Below, one piece after another: positions 1-10,430 of a DNA stretch of 41,020 nt. The notes under the pieces are model-generated. The model saw only the letters and a program-made list of their open reading frames with translations. It did not search any database and had not been told where the DNA came from. The DNA is from a virus. Taxonomy: Duplodnaviria; Caudoviricetes. The first letter of the stretch is position 1; each line of letters begins with the position of its first letter. Where the stretch lies: IMG/VR virus record IMGVR_UViG_3300032233_001646, positions 1 through 41,020 of that record, one strand, 5' to 3'. Made by a program: the position numbers and the translations under genes.

Positions 1-3000
1 ACCTTGAAGTCCTTGAGTACCTTGAGTACCTTGGAGTCCTTGACTTCCAGAACCCTGCATACCTTGAGTTCCTTGAGTTCCTTGAGTACCCTGAAGTCCT
101 TGAGAACCAGAACCCTGAATACCCTGAGTTCCCTGCAGTCCTTGAGTTCCCTGCAATCCTTGAATTCCTTGAGAACCAGAACCTTGGATACCTTGAATAC
201 CTTGAAGTCCTTGAAGTCCTTGAGCACCTTGTGTGCCTTGAAGTCCTTGTGTGCCTTGGGTTCCCTGCAGTCCTTGACTACCAGTACCCTGAAGTCCTTG
301 AAGTCCTTGAGTACCTTGAGTTCCCTGAATTCCTTGTGTACCAGAACCTTGAACACCTTGAAGTCCTTGTGTTGCTTGAATACCCTGAGAACCTTGAAGT
401 CCTTGAGCATTCTGCACACCTTGTGAACCCTGAAGTCCTTGAGTTCCTTGAGTACCTTGAGTACCTTGAAGTCCTTGACTTCCAGAACCCTGCATACCTT
501 GAAGTCCTTGTGTTGCTTGAGTACCCTGAGTACCTTGAGTACCTTGGAGTCCTTGAGCATTCTGTACACCTTGAGAACCTTGAAGTCCTTGAGTCCCTTG
601 TGTTCCCTGAAGTCCTTGAGAACCAGTACCTTGAAGTCCTTGCGAACCCTGAAGTCCTTGAAGTCCTTGAAGTCCTTGAGTTCCCTGAATTCCTTGACTA
701 CCAGAACCTTGAACACCCTGCAGTCCTTGAAGTCCTTGAGTACCTTGAGTACTTTGAGTACCTTGAAGTCCTTGAGCATTCTGAACACCCTGAGAACCTT
801 GAGTTCCCTGCAGTCCTTGTGTTCCTTGTGTTCCTTGAATTCCTTGACTACCAGTTCCTTGAACACCCTGAAGTCCTTGGAGTCCTTGTGTTCCTTGGGT
901 TCCTTGAAGTCCTTGTATACCAGTACCTTGAATTCCTTGCGAACCTTGGAGTCCTTGAGTTCCTTGAGAACCTTGGAGTCCTTGAGCACCCTGGGCATTT
1001 TGAATACCTTGTGAACCTTGGAGTCCTTGAGTTCCTTGGGATCCCTGAATTCCTTGACTACCAGTACCTTGAAGTCCTTGTGAACCTTGCAGTCCTTGTG
1101 AACCTTGTGTCCCCTGAAGTCCTTGAGTACCCTGTGCATTTTGAATACCTTGAGAACCTTGGATTCCTTGAAGTCCTTGCGAACCTTGAGTTCCCTGGAG
1201 TCCTTGTATACCAGTACCTTGAATACCTTGTGAACCTTGAAGTCCTTGAGTACCTTGGGTTCCCTGAATTCCCTGACTACCAGTACCTTGAAGTCCTTGA
1301 GAACCTTGGAGTCCTTGAGTTCCTTGATCACCTTGGAGTCCTTGAGTACCTTGAGCATTCTGAGTACCTTGAGAACCTTGGAGTCCTTGAGAACCTTGCG
1401 TTCCTTGAAGTCCTTGTATACCAGTACCTTGAATGCCTTGAGAACCTTGGAGTCCTTGAGTACCCTGAGTACCTTGAGAACCTTGAAGTCCTTGAGCATT
1501 CTGAGTACCCTGAGAACCTTGGAGTCCTTGGGTTCCCTGAGTGCCCTGCAATCCTTGAGTACCTGTACCTTGAATACCTTGAGAACCTTGGAGTCCTTGA
1601 GTTCCTTGAGAACCTTGGAGTCCTTGAGTACCCTGAGCATTTTGAGTACCCTGAGAACCTTGAAGTCCTTGTGAGCCTTGAGTTCCCTGCAATCCTTGAA
1701 TACCAGTACCTTGGACACCCTGAGTTCCTTGGACACCCTGAGTACCTTGATCTCCTTGAAGTCCTTGAGTACCTTGAGTGTTCTGAGTACCTTGAGAACC
1801 TTGAAGTCCTTGAGTTCCCTGAGTGCCCTGCAACCCTTGAGTACCAGTACCTTGGACACCTTGAGTTCCTTGTGAGCCCTGAAGTCCTTGTAAACCTTGT
1901 GCTCCTTGAGTACCTTGGGCATTCTGAGTACCTTGAGAACCTTGGAGTCCTTGTGTTCCCTGAGTACCTTGAATTCCTTGAACACCAGTACCTTGAGTAC
2001 CCTGAGTTCCTTGAAGTCCTTGTGAACCTTGAGTTCCTTGAAGTCCTTGAGTACCTTGGGCGTTCTGAGTACCCTGAGAACCCTGAAGTCCTTGAGTGCC
2101 TTGAGTACCCTGCAATCCTTGAGTACCTTGAGAACCCTGAACACCAGTACCTTGAGTACCCTGAGTTCCTTGAGTTCCTTGAAGTCCTTGAGTACCTTGA
2201 GCATTTTGAGTACCCTGAGAACCCTGAAGTCCTTGAGTACCCTGAATTCCTTGGGTTCCCTGAAGTCCTTGAGTTCCTTGAGTTCCCTGAACACCAATAC
2301 CTTGAGTACCTTGAGTACCTTGAAGTCCCTGAAGTCCTTGAGTACCTTGAGCATTTTGAGTACCCTGAGAACCCTGAAGTCCTTGGATTCCCTGAGTTCC
2401 TTGTAATCCTTGAGTACCCTGAATACCTTGCCCACTTACACCCTGAAGTCCTTGAAGTCCCTGAGTACCTTGAGTTCCCTGAAGTCCTTGAGTACCTTGG
2501 ACACCTTGCCCACTTACACCTTGGACACCCTGCAGTCCTTGAAGTCCTTGAGTACCTTGAGTACCCTGAGTACCCTGAATACCTTGTCCACTTACACCCT
2601 GAAGTCCTTGAAGTCCCTGAAGTCCCTGAGTACCTTGATTACCCTGAGTACCCTGGACACCTTGTCCACTTAAACCTTGAACACCTTGATTTGCCTGAAG
2701 TCCTTGAGTGCCTTGAGCATTTTGAATACCCTGAGAACCTTGAAGTCCTTGAGTACCTTGAGTGCCCTGAAGTCCTTGAAGTCCTTGAGCATTCTGAACA
2801 CCTTGCGAACCCTGAAGTCCTTGTGCTGCTTGAGTTCCTTGAACTCCTTGAGTGCCTTGAGTACCTTGGGCGTTTTGAGTACCCTGAGAACCTTGGAGTC
2901 CTTGAGTTCCCTGAACTCCTTGAGTACCTTGAGCATTCTGAATGCCCTGAGAACCCTGAAGTCCTTGAGTTCCCTGGGCACTTTGCATACCCTGAGTACC

Positions 3001-3099
3001 TTGGGCATTCTGAATACCCTGAGTACCTTGATTGCCTTGAAGTCCTTGAGAACCTTGAGTGCCTTGAAGTCCTTGTGTACCTTGAGTACCTTGAACACC
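1..3099 (-). repeat. Degenerate 9-bp tandem repeat (GGN NNN CAR) encoding about 1033 aa of G-X-Q triplets
   Basis: Plus-strand ccttgagta/ccttgaagt units throughout. X is mostly L, T, S, V, A, I or F. Recurrent interruptions NAQ, GTGSQ and GVSGQ. Confidence 0.95.
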
Positions 3100-3330
3100 T
3101 ACATCTAACTTTTTAGTGTTAATCCAATATCGATTGCCAACATATCCATCTACAGCAATTACGACATATTGATCACCAGCAGGATATGGATTTGCTACAG
3201 TAGAACCTACACCAACTTTAGGATCTCCCAGATCAGGCTCTGCCTGATTTAATCCCAAATATTGATATCTATCCGAAGTAATTCCGGTTTGATCAAATCT
3301 TTTTACTCTTCCAGAATTATACTTCGTCAT
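1..3330 (-). CDS. Giant collagen-like (Gly-X-Gln) fibre protein, >1110 aa, 3' end outside the window
   Basis: Absent from the ORF track because it has no stop in the window. ATG at 3330 with GGAG upstream. Reads [37 protein letters not shown]...[11 protein letters not shown], then [12 protein letters not shown]... in frame down to base 1. Confidence 0.9.
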   Translation of the reverse strand, partial: MTKYNSGRVKRFDQTGITSDRYQYLGLNQAEPDLGDPKVGVGSTVANPYPAGDQYVVIAVDGYVGNRYWINTKKLDVGVQGTQGTQGLQGTQGSQGLQGNQGTQGIQNAQGTQGMQSAQGTQGLQGSQGIQNAQGTQGVQGTQGLQGSQGTQNAQGTQGTQGVQGTQAAQGLQGSQGVQNAQGLQGLQGTQGTQGLQGSQGIQNAQGTQGLQANQGVQGLSGQGVQGTQGNQGTQGLQGLQGLQGVSGQGIQGTQGTQGTQGLQGLQGVQGVSGQGVQGTQGLQGTQGTQGLQGLQGVSGQGIQGTQGLQGTQGIQGLQGSQGTQNAQGTQGLQGLQGTQGTQGIGVQGTQGTQGLQGTQGIQGTQGLQGSQGTQNAQGTQGLQGTQGTQGTQGTGVQGSQGTQGLQGTQGTQGLQGSQGTQNAQGTQGLQGTQGSQGLQGTQGTQGTGVQGIQGTQGTQGLQGSQGTQNAQGTQGAQGLQGLQGSQGTQGVQGTGTQGLQGTQGTQGLQGSQGTQNTQGTQGLQGDQGTQGVQGTQGVQGTGIQGLQGTQGSQGLQGSQGTQNAQGTQGLQGSQGTQGLQGSQGIQGTGTQGLQGTQGTQGLQGSQGTQNAQGLQGSQGTQGTQGLQGSQGIQGTGIQGLQGTQGSQGLQGSQGTQNAQGTQGLQGDQGTQGLQGSQGLQGTGSQGIQGTQGTQGLQGSQGIQGTGIQGLQGTQGSQGLQGIQGSQGIQNAQGTQGLQGTQGSQGLQGSQGLQGTGSQGIQGSQGTQGLQGSQGIQNAQGAQGLQGSQGTQGLQGSQGIQGTGIQGLQGTQGTQGLQGLQGVQGTGSQGIQGTQGTQGLQGTQGSQGVQNAQGLQGTQSTQGTQGLQGLQGVQGSGSQGIQGTQGLQGLQGLQGSQGLQGTGSQGLQGTQGTQGLQGSQGVQNAQGLQGTQGTQGTQATQGLQGMQGSGSQGLQGTQGTQGTQGLQGSQGVQNAQGLQGSQGIQATQGLQGVQGSGTQGIQGTQGTQGLQGLQGTGSQGLQGTQGTQGLQGTQGAQGLQGLQGIQGIQGSGSQGIQGLQGTQGLQGTQGIQGSGSQGLQGTQGTQGTQGMQGSGSQGLQGTQGTQGLQG

Positions 3331-3343
3331 TTACTTCTCCAGT

Positions 3344-3703
3344 TTACTGCTTAGCAGTTTCTAGAACACTTAACATAAGATTCAATACTCCATTTACATT
3401 TCCCCTTATTTGAATAACATCACCAGTTTGAAGTGCTAATCTTCCATCAGATACCAAATTAAAACTATCATTTGGTGGAATTGAAACCGAATTTGCAAAA
3501 ATATAATTACTTGGGGTTTCACTACTACGTGAATGAGTTGCAGTTACTGTATAGGCACTTGATGCAGCACCAGTCGATACATTTACAACCTGAGATAAAA
3601 TAACAATAGAAGCTACGCCAATTGGACAAGTATAAATTCCAACGTTATTAGTTGTAATTCCAACTCTTATTGTTTTAAATGAATTAAGTGCAATTACCGC
3701 CAT
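3344..3703 (-). CDS. Small virion structural / fibre-associated protein
   Basis: 119-aa beta-rich ORF (IYTCP...IPPND...LQTGD) lying between two fibre genes. Confidence 0.65.
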   Translation of the reverse strand: MAVIALNSFKTIRVGITTNNVGIYTCPIGVASIVILSQVVNVSTGAASSAYTVTATHSRSSETPSNYIFANSVSIPPNDSFNLVSDGRLALQTGDVIQIRGNVNGVLNLMLSVLETAKQ

Positions 3704-3709
3704 GAGATT

Positions 3710-6700
3710 TTATGTTAGTGCAATAATTAAAGGAGTTACAGTATTTAATAAACTTTGGCTAAATGCTCTTCCCGAAATCGTACCAGTAAGTTGATTAATC
3801 ACAACCCCATCGCCAATTTGGAAGTTACCTGCCTGATTTGTGCTGGTGTAAACAATTTGTCCCCCATTACGTTTATCAACTTCGTTTGCCTGAATCGTTA
3901 CTCCACCTAAAGCAGGTTTTGCACTATTAATATCTGTACCAGATCCTACCCATTCAAGGGATATGGATGTTGCAATTTGAAGGCTTAATCTAGAGAAATA
4001 TACAGTAGAACCAGCACTAACTGTATTATTTAGATTCTGTACTAAGACGACCGTTGAAATACCCGCAGAAGGTAATGTTGCACTCTGAATTGAGTAGTAT
4101 AGTGGATATAAAATTGTTGTGGCGGCAGCACCAGCACCGCCAAATGTATTTGTAAATGTAATATTTGGTGCTGTTAAATATTGACTACCACTACTAATAA
4201 CATCAATAGAAACTACTTGTCCATTTACAACATTTGCCGATGCTTCTGCAGTAATTCCACTAGGACCTGTTGGGGCATCAATTACAACTGTTGGCGGATT
4301 TGTATCAGAATATCCACCACCACCATTTGTAACTTGAATTGTATCAATTTGGTAATATAATTTATCAAAATAAATTGCTTGTCCATCATAAGGACGCTGT
4401 GTTCCAATGCCAGATATAATTATAGTATCAGTTTCTATTTCTGCCTCTTGAACTACATTCCCACTGTAACGATAGATTGATTTTGTAGTTTGATTTCCTA
4501 CGCCATTAGATACTAGTCCATAATTACCAAAAGAAGCATTTGAGTTTGTAATATCACATTGTCCGCCAGATTCTGTATAAATTCCAATATCATCACAAAT
4601 AGTAAAGATAGAAACCAACTGAGCATAGGCACCATTCGAAATTGAAACTCCAATGCCACCTTGATTATATTGAGTATAAGAGTCAACCGACATTGTTCCT
4701 GTAACACCAATATCATCCTTATCTCCTGGTTCTGCATTGAACCCATCTACTTTCATACCAATACTCTTACCAATGAAATTGGTACAGTTACGAATATAAG
4801 GACCTTGAGTAATCGGTCCAACACCTCTAGAATATACAGGTTTAACTACTCCACCACCAACATAAGTATGAGGAAGTGTGGAAGTTCCAACATTCACAGT
4901 AAATGTAGTTCCATACCCAATTACTTGCGTGACTGGGAAATTATATCCAAATTTTCCACTTGGATAAGTTACAATTCCAGGTCCAGAAGGACAAGAAAAA
5001 TTAAGTCCGATTAATGTAACTATATTACCATTCTTTACATAAGCACCAGGAGCAGTAATTACTGCTAAACCAGTAGTATTATCATACGTTGCTGTTGCAA
5101 TTCCAATTGAACGATTAATTGCATATCCACTACCCACATAATTATGAGTAATTGTAGATACTCCAGTATTAATTACAAAGGAGCCATCATTATTGATTTT
5201 ATTTACATAAAATTCATTTCCATATGCTCCTGATGGGAATGTTTGCGTCGAAATTCCCCCACCAGAATTGCAAGAGAATTTTAATCCATAAATTTCAATT
5301 GAATCTCCAGGAACAACAGACAATCCAGGAATTTTTAGTGTGGTATCTCCTGTGGTATTATCATAAATTGCACTTGTAACTCCAAGAGTCGTAGTAAATC
5401 CAATACCAAGATTTCCTGGATATGTAGTATTAAATCCAACACCTAGAATAGAAGGACTATTTTTAATAATTGATGTTACAACTCCAACACAAGAATAAAT
5501 TGCCGATACTACATTTGCACATCCATTAATTCCAGCATTAAATCCAGTAATAGGATCTGCTTGCATACCAAGATCCTTAATTTGTGTATAATTATTTTGG
5601 AAGTTTGTATATTTCTGAATAGTTCCTCCAGAAACATAGGTATGAGGAAGTGTAGATTGTCCAACAATAACTTCAAATGTATTAACTCCAACTACATTCT
5701 TTACATTAAAGATATATCCAGATTTTCCACTTGGATAAGTTACAATTCCAGGTCCAGAAGGACAAGTAAATCCAAGTCCAACAATTTTAACTGCATCATT
5801 TTTTGAAAGTCCGTGACTAGCTGCAGTAATTGTTGTTATACCAACCACATTATTATAAACTGCATTTGTAACTGAAATAGGACTACCTACAGGATTAGAA
5901 CCCCAAGTTACATTGTTGATAATTGCTCGGGCAATTCCAGCCGAGTATTGTAAGGCATCAATTGTAGCTGTTGAAACTCCTACAATATACTGAAGATTTG
6001 CACCATTATAATAAAATAAACCAGCATTTACTGATTTTGAATTACCACCTCTAGTGATATCAAAAATAATTGATTTCCAAATTAATTTAATATCTCTAGC
6101 ACATAAAGAAATGCTAGATATTCCAATATTAAATGCCGGACTTTGATATTGAGTACTTGTAATAAATCCAACAGTTTCATTTGCAATATAATCAAGATTC
6201 ATACGAATCATTCTTGCAGCATCAAAAAATCTATCAGTTGCAACACCAGATAATGGCTGAAGTGCAACCACTGCAGCACCATTCGTCATATCAGGACCAA
6301 TAAAACTCAAATTAGTCATGTGAACTGAGTTATTTACATAAAATAAATCACGATCTGGGTATAATGGAGTAATTATGCAATTTCTTAGTTCAGTTCCTTC
6401 AATTGATACTCTCTTTGCCAAAATAATCGGATTACTTTCAATATAACTTCCAGGAAATACCTTGATAGTATCTCCGGTAAGTGCAACTGATGCTGCAGAT
6501 TTTATAGTTCTCTTTGGATAATTTTCGGCAAGTCCTGTATTATTATCATCCCCAGTTTGAGACACAAAAATAGTTTTTCCAACTGGACGATAAGATTGTA
6601 CTTTAACTACACCTTTTCCTTCTGATTGCGAAGCAAATAAATCAATTCCAATTCCAGAAACAAGCTGAGTAACAATTCCAACAAGATTTACACCATCACC

Positions 6701-7837
6701 ATAATATTCTGTTGCTGTTACAGCACCACCAACAGTAAGTGTCTTTGTAATTGCAGTCGTTCCAATGCCTAAACTTCCAGTTGCAGGAACATAAACAAGT
6801 TCTTTAGAAGAAACATATGCAGTTGAAGTAACTCCCGAAGTTATATCTAAGAAAGTTGGATAACGAAGATCAGTTGTTGTTAAATCATCAGCAACAAAAA
6901 GAGTTGCTCCAACTTCACCCTTTAATCCTTGAGTCCCCTGCATCCCCTGAACACCTTGAGGACCCTGAGCACCCTGCGTACCTTGAGTGCCTTGGGAATT
7001 CTGAACTCCCTGAAGTCCTTGAGTACCTTGGAAATTACTTAAAGGTCCTTGAACTCCCTGAGTTCCTTGAAGTCCTTGAGTACCTTGATTCGCCTGCATC
7101 CCTTGGGTTCCCTGGAGTCCCTGGACTCCCTGCATCCCTTGAACACCTTGGACTCCTTGGACTCCTTGATCACCTTGAAGTCCTTGAACTCCTTGAGTTC
7201 CTTGAGTACCTTGAAGTCCTTGAACTCCTTGACCTCCTTGGGTTCCTTGAAAATTACTTAAAGGTCCTTGAACACCTTGAGTTCCTTGGACCCCCTGAAG
7301 TCCTTGAACACCTTGAGTTCCTTGAGTTCCTTGAAGTCCTTGAAGTCCTTGAAGTCCTTGAGCATTCTGAACTCCTTGAGTGCCTTGAGTACCTTGAAAA
7401 TTACTTAAAGGTCCTTGAACACCTTGAGTTCCTTGAATTCCTTGAAGTCCTTGAGTACCTTGGGCATTCTGAATACCTTGAGAACCCTGAAGTCCTTGAG
7501 TACCTTGAAAATTACTTAAAGGTCCTTGAACACCTTGAGTACCCTGAAGTCCTTGAAGTCCTTGAACACCTTGCCCTCCCTGTGTACCTTGAACACTAGC
7601 ATAAGGAAGATTAATCCAATCTGTAGTACCATCACCAAATTTAAATCTGCGGGTATCTGATTCTAAACCAATTTCACCAGCAAGTAGAATTGGATTTTCA
7701 GATGTCCATTCAGCGGCAGTTTTTGATTTTAACTGTATCTGATTTCCATTCTCATCAGTAAAAACAGTAATTCCCTTATAAAATATTGCTCTTTCATTAA
7801 AAACTGAAGGAGTTCCGTAGACATTATAATTTTCCAT
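3710..7837 (-). CDS. Tail fibre/spike: Mtd_N-like motif, GXQ collagen, pectin-lyase-like beta-helix with inserted repeats
   Basis: WTSENPILLAGEIGLESDTRRFKFGDG motif; about 75 GXQ triplets; GKTIFVSQTGDDNNTG...TIKSA...GDTIKVFPGSY beta-helix entry; GPYIRNCTNF. Confidence 0.8.
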   Translation of the reverse strand: MENYNVYGTPSVFNERAIFYKGITVFTDENGNQIQLKSKTAAEWTSENPILLAGEIGLESDTRRFKFGDGTTDWINLPYASVQGTQGGQGVQGLQGLQGTQGVQGPLSNFQGTQGLQGSQGIQNAQGTQGLQGIQGTQGVQGPLSNFQGTQGTQGVQNAQGLQGLQGLQGTQGTQGVQGLQGVQGTQGVQGPLSNFQGTQGGQGVQGLQGTQGTQGVQGLQGDQGVQGVQGVQGMQGVQGLQGTQGMQANQGTQGLQGTQGVQGPLSNFQGTQGLQGVQNSQGTQGTQGAQGPQGVQGMQGTQGLKGEVGATLFVADDLTTTDLRYPTFLDITSGVTSTAYVSSKELVYVPATGSLGIGTTAITKTLTVGGAVTATEYYGDGVNLVGIVTQLVSGIGIDLFASQSEGKGVVKVQSYRPVGKTIFVSQTGDDNNTGLAENYPKRTIKSAASVALTGDTIKVFPGSYIESNPIILAKRVSIEGTELRNCIITPLYPDRDLFYVNNSVHMTNLSFIGPDMTNGAAVVALQPLSGVATDRFFDAARMIRMNLDYIANETVGFITSTQYQSPAFNIGISSISLCARDIKLIWKSIIFDITRGGNSKSVNAGLFYYNGANLQYIVGVSTATIDALQYSAGIARAIINNVTWGSNPVGSPISVTNAVYNNVVGITTITAASHGLSKNDAVKIVGLGFTCPSGPGIVTYPSGKSGYIFNVKNVVGVNTFEVIVGQSTLPHTYVSGGTIQKYTNFQNNYTQIKDLGMQADPITGFNAGINGCANVVSAIYSCVGVVTSIIKNSPSILGVGFNTTYPGNLGIGFTTTLGVTSAIYDNTTGDTTLKIPGLSVVPGDSIEIYGLKFSCNSGGGISTQTFPSGAYGNEFYVNKINNDGSFVINTGVSTITHNYVGSGYAINRSIGIATATYDNTTGLAVITAPGAYVKNGNIVTLIGLNFSCPSGPGIVTYPSGKFGYNFPVTQVIGYGTTFTVNVGTSTLPHTYVGGGVVKPVYSRGVGPITQGPYIRNCTNFIGKSIGMKVDGFNAEPGDKDDIGVTGTMSVDSYTQYNQGGIGVSISNGAYAQLVSIFTICDDIGIYTESGGQCDITNSNASFGNYGLVSNGVGNQTTKSIYRYSGNVVQEAEIETDTIIISGIGTQRPYDGQAIYFDKLYYQIDTIQVTNGGGGYSDTNPPTVVIDAPTGPSGITAEASANVVNGQVVSIDVISSGSQYLTAPNITFTNTFGGAGAAATTILYPLYYSIQSATLPSAGISTVVLVQNLNNTVSAGSTVYFSRLSLQIATSISLEWVGSGTDINSAKPALGGVTIQANEVDKRNGGQIVYTSTNQAGNFQIGDGVVINQLTGTISGRAFSQSLLNTVTPLIIALT

Positions 7838-8401
7838 TTACACTCCCCCAACTACTGCTTCTACTACAGTAAACGCCGATTCTAAAACATCAATACCAAC
7901 AAAACTTCCAGAAAAAACTGAAAGTCCAAAACTAAGTCCTTTTGGTATTAAATTTCCAGTCAATCCAGTAGCATCTATTTTATTACCTTTCAATAAAACT
8001 CTTCCAGAACCAGAATTTAAATTAATATTTCTTCCCGCCTTCATATCAATATCTTCATCCGCCTCAATCATAATATTTTGAGCCTTGATTCTCACTCTTC
8101 CATTACTCTCAGCCGTGATACAAACATCACCATTCTTTCCCGTAATTACAATATCAACACCAGGAGTTGCACTATTACTATCTCCAGCAACAATTTCAAT
8201 TGCCTTATCATTATAAATGCGATAAGTTCCCCCTTCGGTTAATCCCGCTAAACATACATCATTATTGTTAGATACTGCGTAGATATTATAAACATCAGAA
8301 CCATTAAATCCCATTTGGGGATTTGCTAAATCAATCCTAAATTTAGGACCAAAACTTTGTACACTTCTGCCTTCCCAATTATAGAATGATGGATCTGCCA
8401 T
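7838..8401 (-). CDS. gp5 C-terminal-like beta-helix spike protein
   Basis: Repeating short beta strands (IEIVAG, DIVITG, DVCITAE, RVRIKA, NIMIEA, DIDMKAG, NINLNSG), directly downstream of gp5. Confidence 0.55.
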   Translation of the reverse strand: MADPSFYNWEGRSVQSFGPKFRIDLANPQMGFNGSDVYNIYAVSNNNDVCLAGLTEGGTYRIYNDKAIEIVAGDSNSATPGVDIVITGKNGDVCITAESNGRVRIKAQNIMIEADEDIDMKAGRNINLNSGSGRVLLKGNKIDATGLTGNLIPKGLSFGLSVFSGSFVGIDVLESAFTVVEAVVGGV

Positions 8402-8402
8402 T

Positions 8403-10430
8403 TTATTTAATATAACATTGATTACTATCTACAACTGGACCTTGAGATGAACTTGGAGCAGTACCAATAATAGGTCTTAAAATTGCTTCAACACCAGTAT
8501 TTGAATTAATGGTGATCGTTGGTAAATCAGTAATATTAACAGTATTTATTGGTTGAGCACGTAGGATTTGTCCATCCGAAACTGTAAGATTATAAGTATT
8601 TCCAAAATCATCAGATGCTGTATCTCCAGTAGAATATCCTTTACCAGAATTTTCCACAACCACATCTGTAACTGTGTATGGAGGAGCAATTTGAGGAGTA
8701 TCAACTGGATAAAATTCTCCTGGAGAAAGTATTAAAATTGCAGTAACTTCTCCAGCATCATTAATCACAGCTTTACCAACTGCACCATATCCCTGATTGC
8801 AATTATCACTAAACCCTACATTTGGTGGGAACTTATATCCCGAACCACCATTTGTAATACTTGCCCCAATAATACTTGCAGTTTGATTAAACCCACTAGA
8901 ATAATTTACCAATGAACCCATAATTGCAACTGCTTCTGCTCCAGAACCTTGTCCACCAAAAATACTTATGGTTGGAGAACTGCAACTTGTTGGTGGTCCA
9001 GTATAGCAACCACCCAATGGACTTACTGGTGCAGTTGGATTTTTAGTTGAAGCTTGGAAAATATCAAAGTTTGATGGATCAGTCAATGAACCTAATGATG
9101 CAGCTACATTCATATTGTTCAGAATACTATTGAAATCTGGAGTTTTACTAGCTCCCCCAGTTCCAGTTTTCCATTTTGTTGTAATACCAGAACACTTACT
9201 CTTGCTGCTTTGATTGCAATCAAATAATCCAGCAATACCTTGAATTGCACTTACAGCACCAAGAAGAGTATTAGCAACACTAAATCCAGCACCAAGAATT
9301 TTACTTACGCCACCAATAGCTGATGATAATCCAGATTCAATATTAGAAATCAAATTATTAAGCAAAGAACCAACAAATTGATTTGATGCACAATCTGTAA
9401 GATTTTCTACTTGATTAAGTAAAGATCCAACTAAACTTGAAATTACACTTTCAAGACCTTGCAGAATTTTACCAGCAACACAAGGAATTGCCTGTTCTAA
9501 AATTTTGACTGGATTCAACATACCAACTTGTGCGGCAACTCCAGCAGCATGAGCAATTGCAGGAGCAAGAGGATTTCCTGCGTTTGCGGCTAAAGTTTGA
9601 GCAAATACAGTTGCATATAAAACTTTCAAACCTTTTTTTAAAATATCAGTTAATTTCGTATAAAGATAGTTGAACATTTGTCCAACCATTCCACTTACAA
9701 TCGAATTGATCTTACTAATTGCTTTGCTGATAGCATTTTTAATTTTATCAATTTTATTTCCAACAGCCTGAAGTTTTGATAATAAATTATCAATTACAGA
9801 TGTAATCGTACTAATTGCATTATCTTGGCAAGTGTTTGCAAATACTGTAGTTTGTCCAATTACTGAATTAGATGAAATCTCAGCATTCGCTCCAGCCGTT
9901 TCTTTTTGATTGGCGGTATTTAATTTTGTTGCAGTTTGAGTATCAACACTTCTTGGTGTTTTTGCAGAATTTGCATTCTGTTGATTATTTTGATTTGGAG
10001 CAACTTTTCCATTTGGTTTTGGCATTCTACTGGTGTTTCCAGTATATGGAACAAATGGACTTGCATAATGTTCAGTTAAAACTTGATCGGTTCTACCAAA
10101 TGCTCCCATGATTACAGGAGATTGAGCATTATCACTATCTAAGTAAAATCCAAATACAACATCACCCTGTTTTAATTGTGTAGTTTGTGCCGCTTGAGCA
10201 GCACCAGTTCCTGAAGTTGTAGGAAGTAAGCATTGTGCCCAAGGAAGATCTTTATTTGGAAGTTCATTATCATCAAAAGGATGATATCCCATGATGCGAA
10301 CTTTATAACGATTTCCCCAGCCGCCACCATTCGCTTGATCTCCTTGTGCCTCAATTGGTGCTACTTGCCCAATCCACCAACGAAATCCGTCTCTTCCTAG
10401 AAAATTACTTTTTAAAATTGTTTCTTGCAT
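8403..10430 (-). CDS. gp5: Baseplate hub/central spike gp5 (N-terminal OB-fold)
   Basis: FRWWIGQV...RYKVRIMGYH...LPWAQCLLPTT...GDVVFGFYLD...PVIMG is the gp5 OB-fold signature. Confidence 0.85.
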   Translation of the reverse strand: MQETILKSNFLGRDGFRWWIGQVAPIEAQGDQANGGGWGNRYKVRIMGYHPFDDNELPNKDLPWAQCLLPTTSGTGAAQAAQTTQLKQGDVVFGFYLDSDNAQSPVIMGAFGRTDQVLTEHYASPFVPYTGNTSRMPKPNGKVAPNQNNQQNANSAKTPRSVDTQTATKLNTANQKETAGANAEISSNSVIGQTTVFANTCQDNAISTITSVIDNLLSKLQAVGNKIDKIKNAISKAISKINSIVSGMVGQMFNYLYTKLTDILKKGLKVLYATVFAQTLAANAGNPLAPAIAHAAGVAAQVGMLNPVKILEQAIPCVAGKILQGLESVISSLVGSLLNQVENLTDCASNQFVGSLLNNLISNIESGLSSAIGGVSKILGAGFSVANTLLGAVSAIQGIAGLFDCNQSSKSKCSGITTKWKTGTGGASKTPDFNSILNNMNVAASLGSLTDPSNFDIFQASTKNPTAPVSPLGGCYTGPPTSCSSPTISIFGGQGSGAEAVAIMGSLVNYSSGFNQTASIIGASITNGGSGYKFPPNVGFSDNCNQGYGAVGKAVINDAGEVTAILILSPGEFYPVDTPQIAPPYTVTDVVVENSGKGYSTGDTASDDFGNTYNLTVSDGQILRAQPINTVNITDLPTITINSNTGVEAILRPIIGTAPSSSQGPVVDSNQCYIK

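Noticed and set aside
1-3099. CRISPR array or non-coding satellite
   Set aside because: No constant repeat with unique spacers; variation is codon-structured.
4-3116. Long plus-strand ORFs (961-aa LEVLEYLE..., several SLSTL... ORFs) and the minus-strand FKVLKV ORF
   Set aside because: Shadow frames of the 9-bp collagen repeat. The G-X-Q frame on the minus strand has a proper start, SD and non-repetitive head.
6856-7599. Plus-strand 247-aa and 70-aa ORFs (likewise the ORFs at 36198-36557)
   Set aside because: Antisense or alternate-frame shadows of GXQ tracts.
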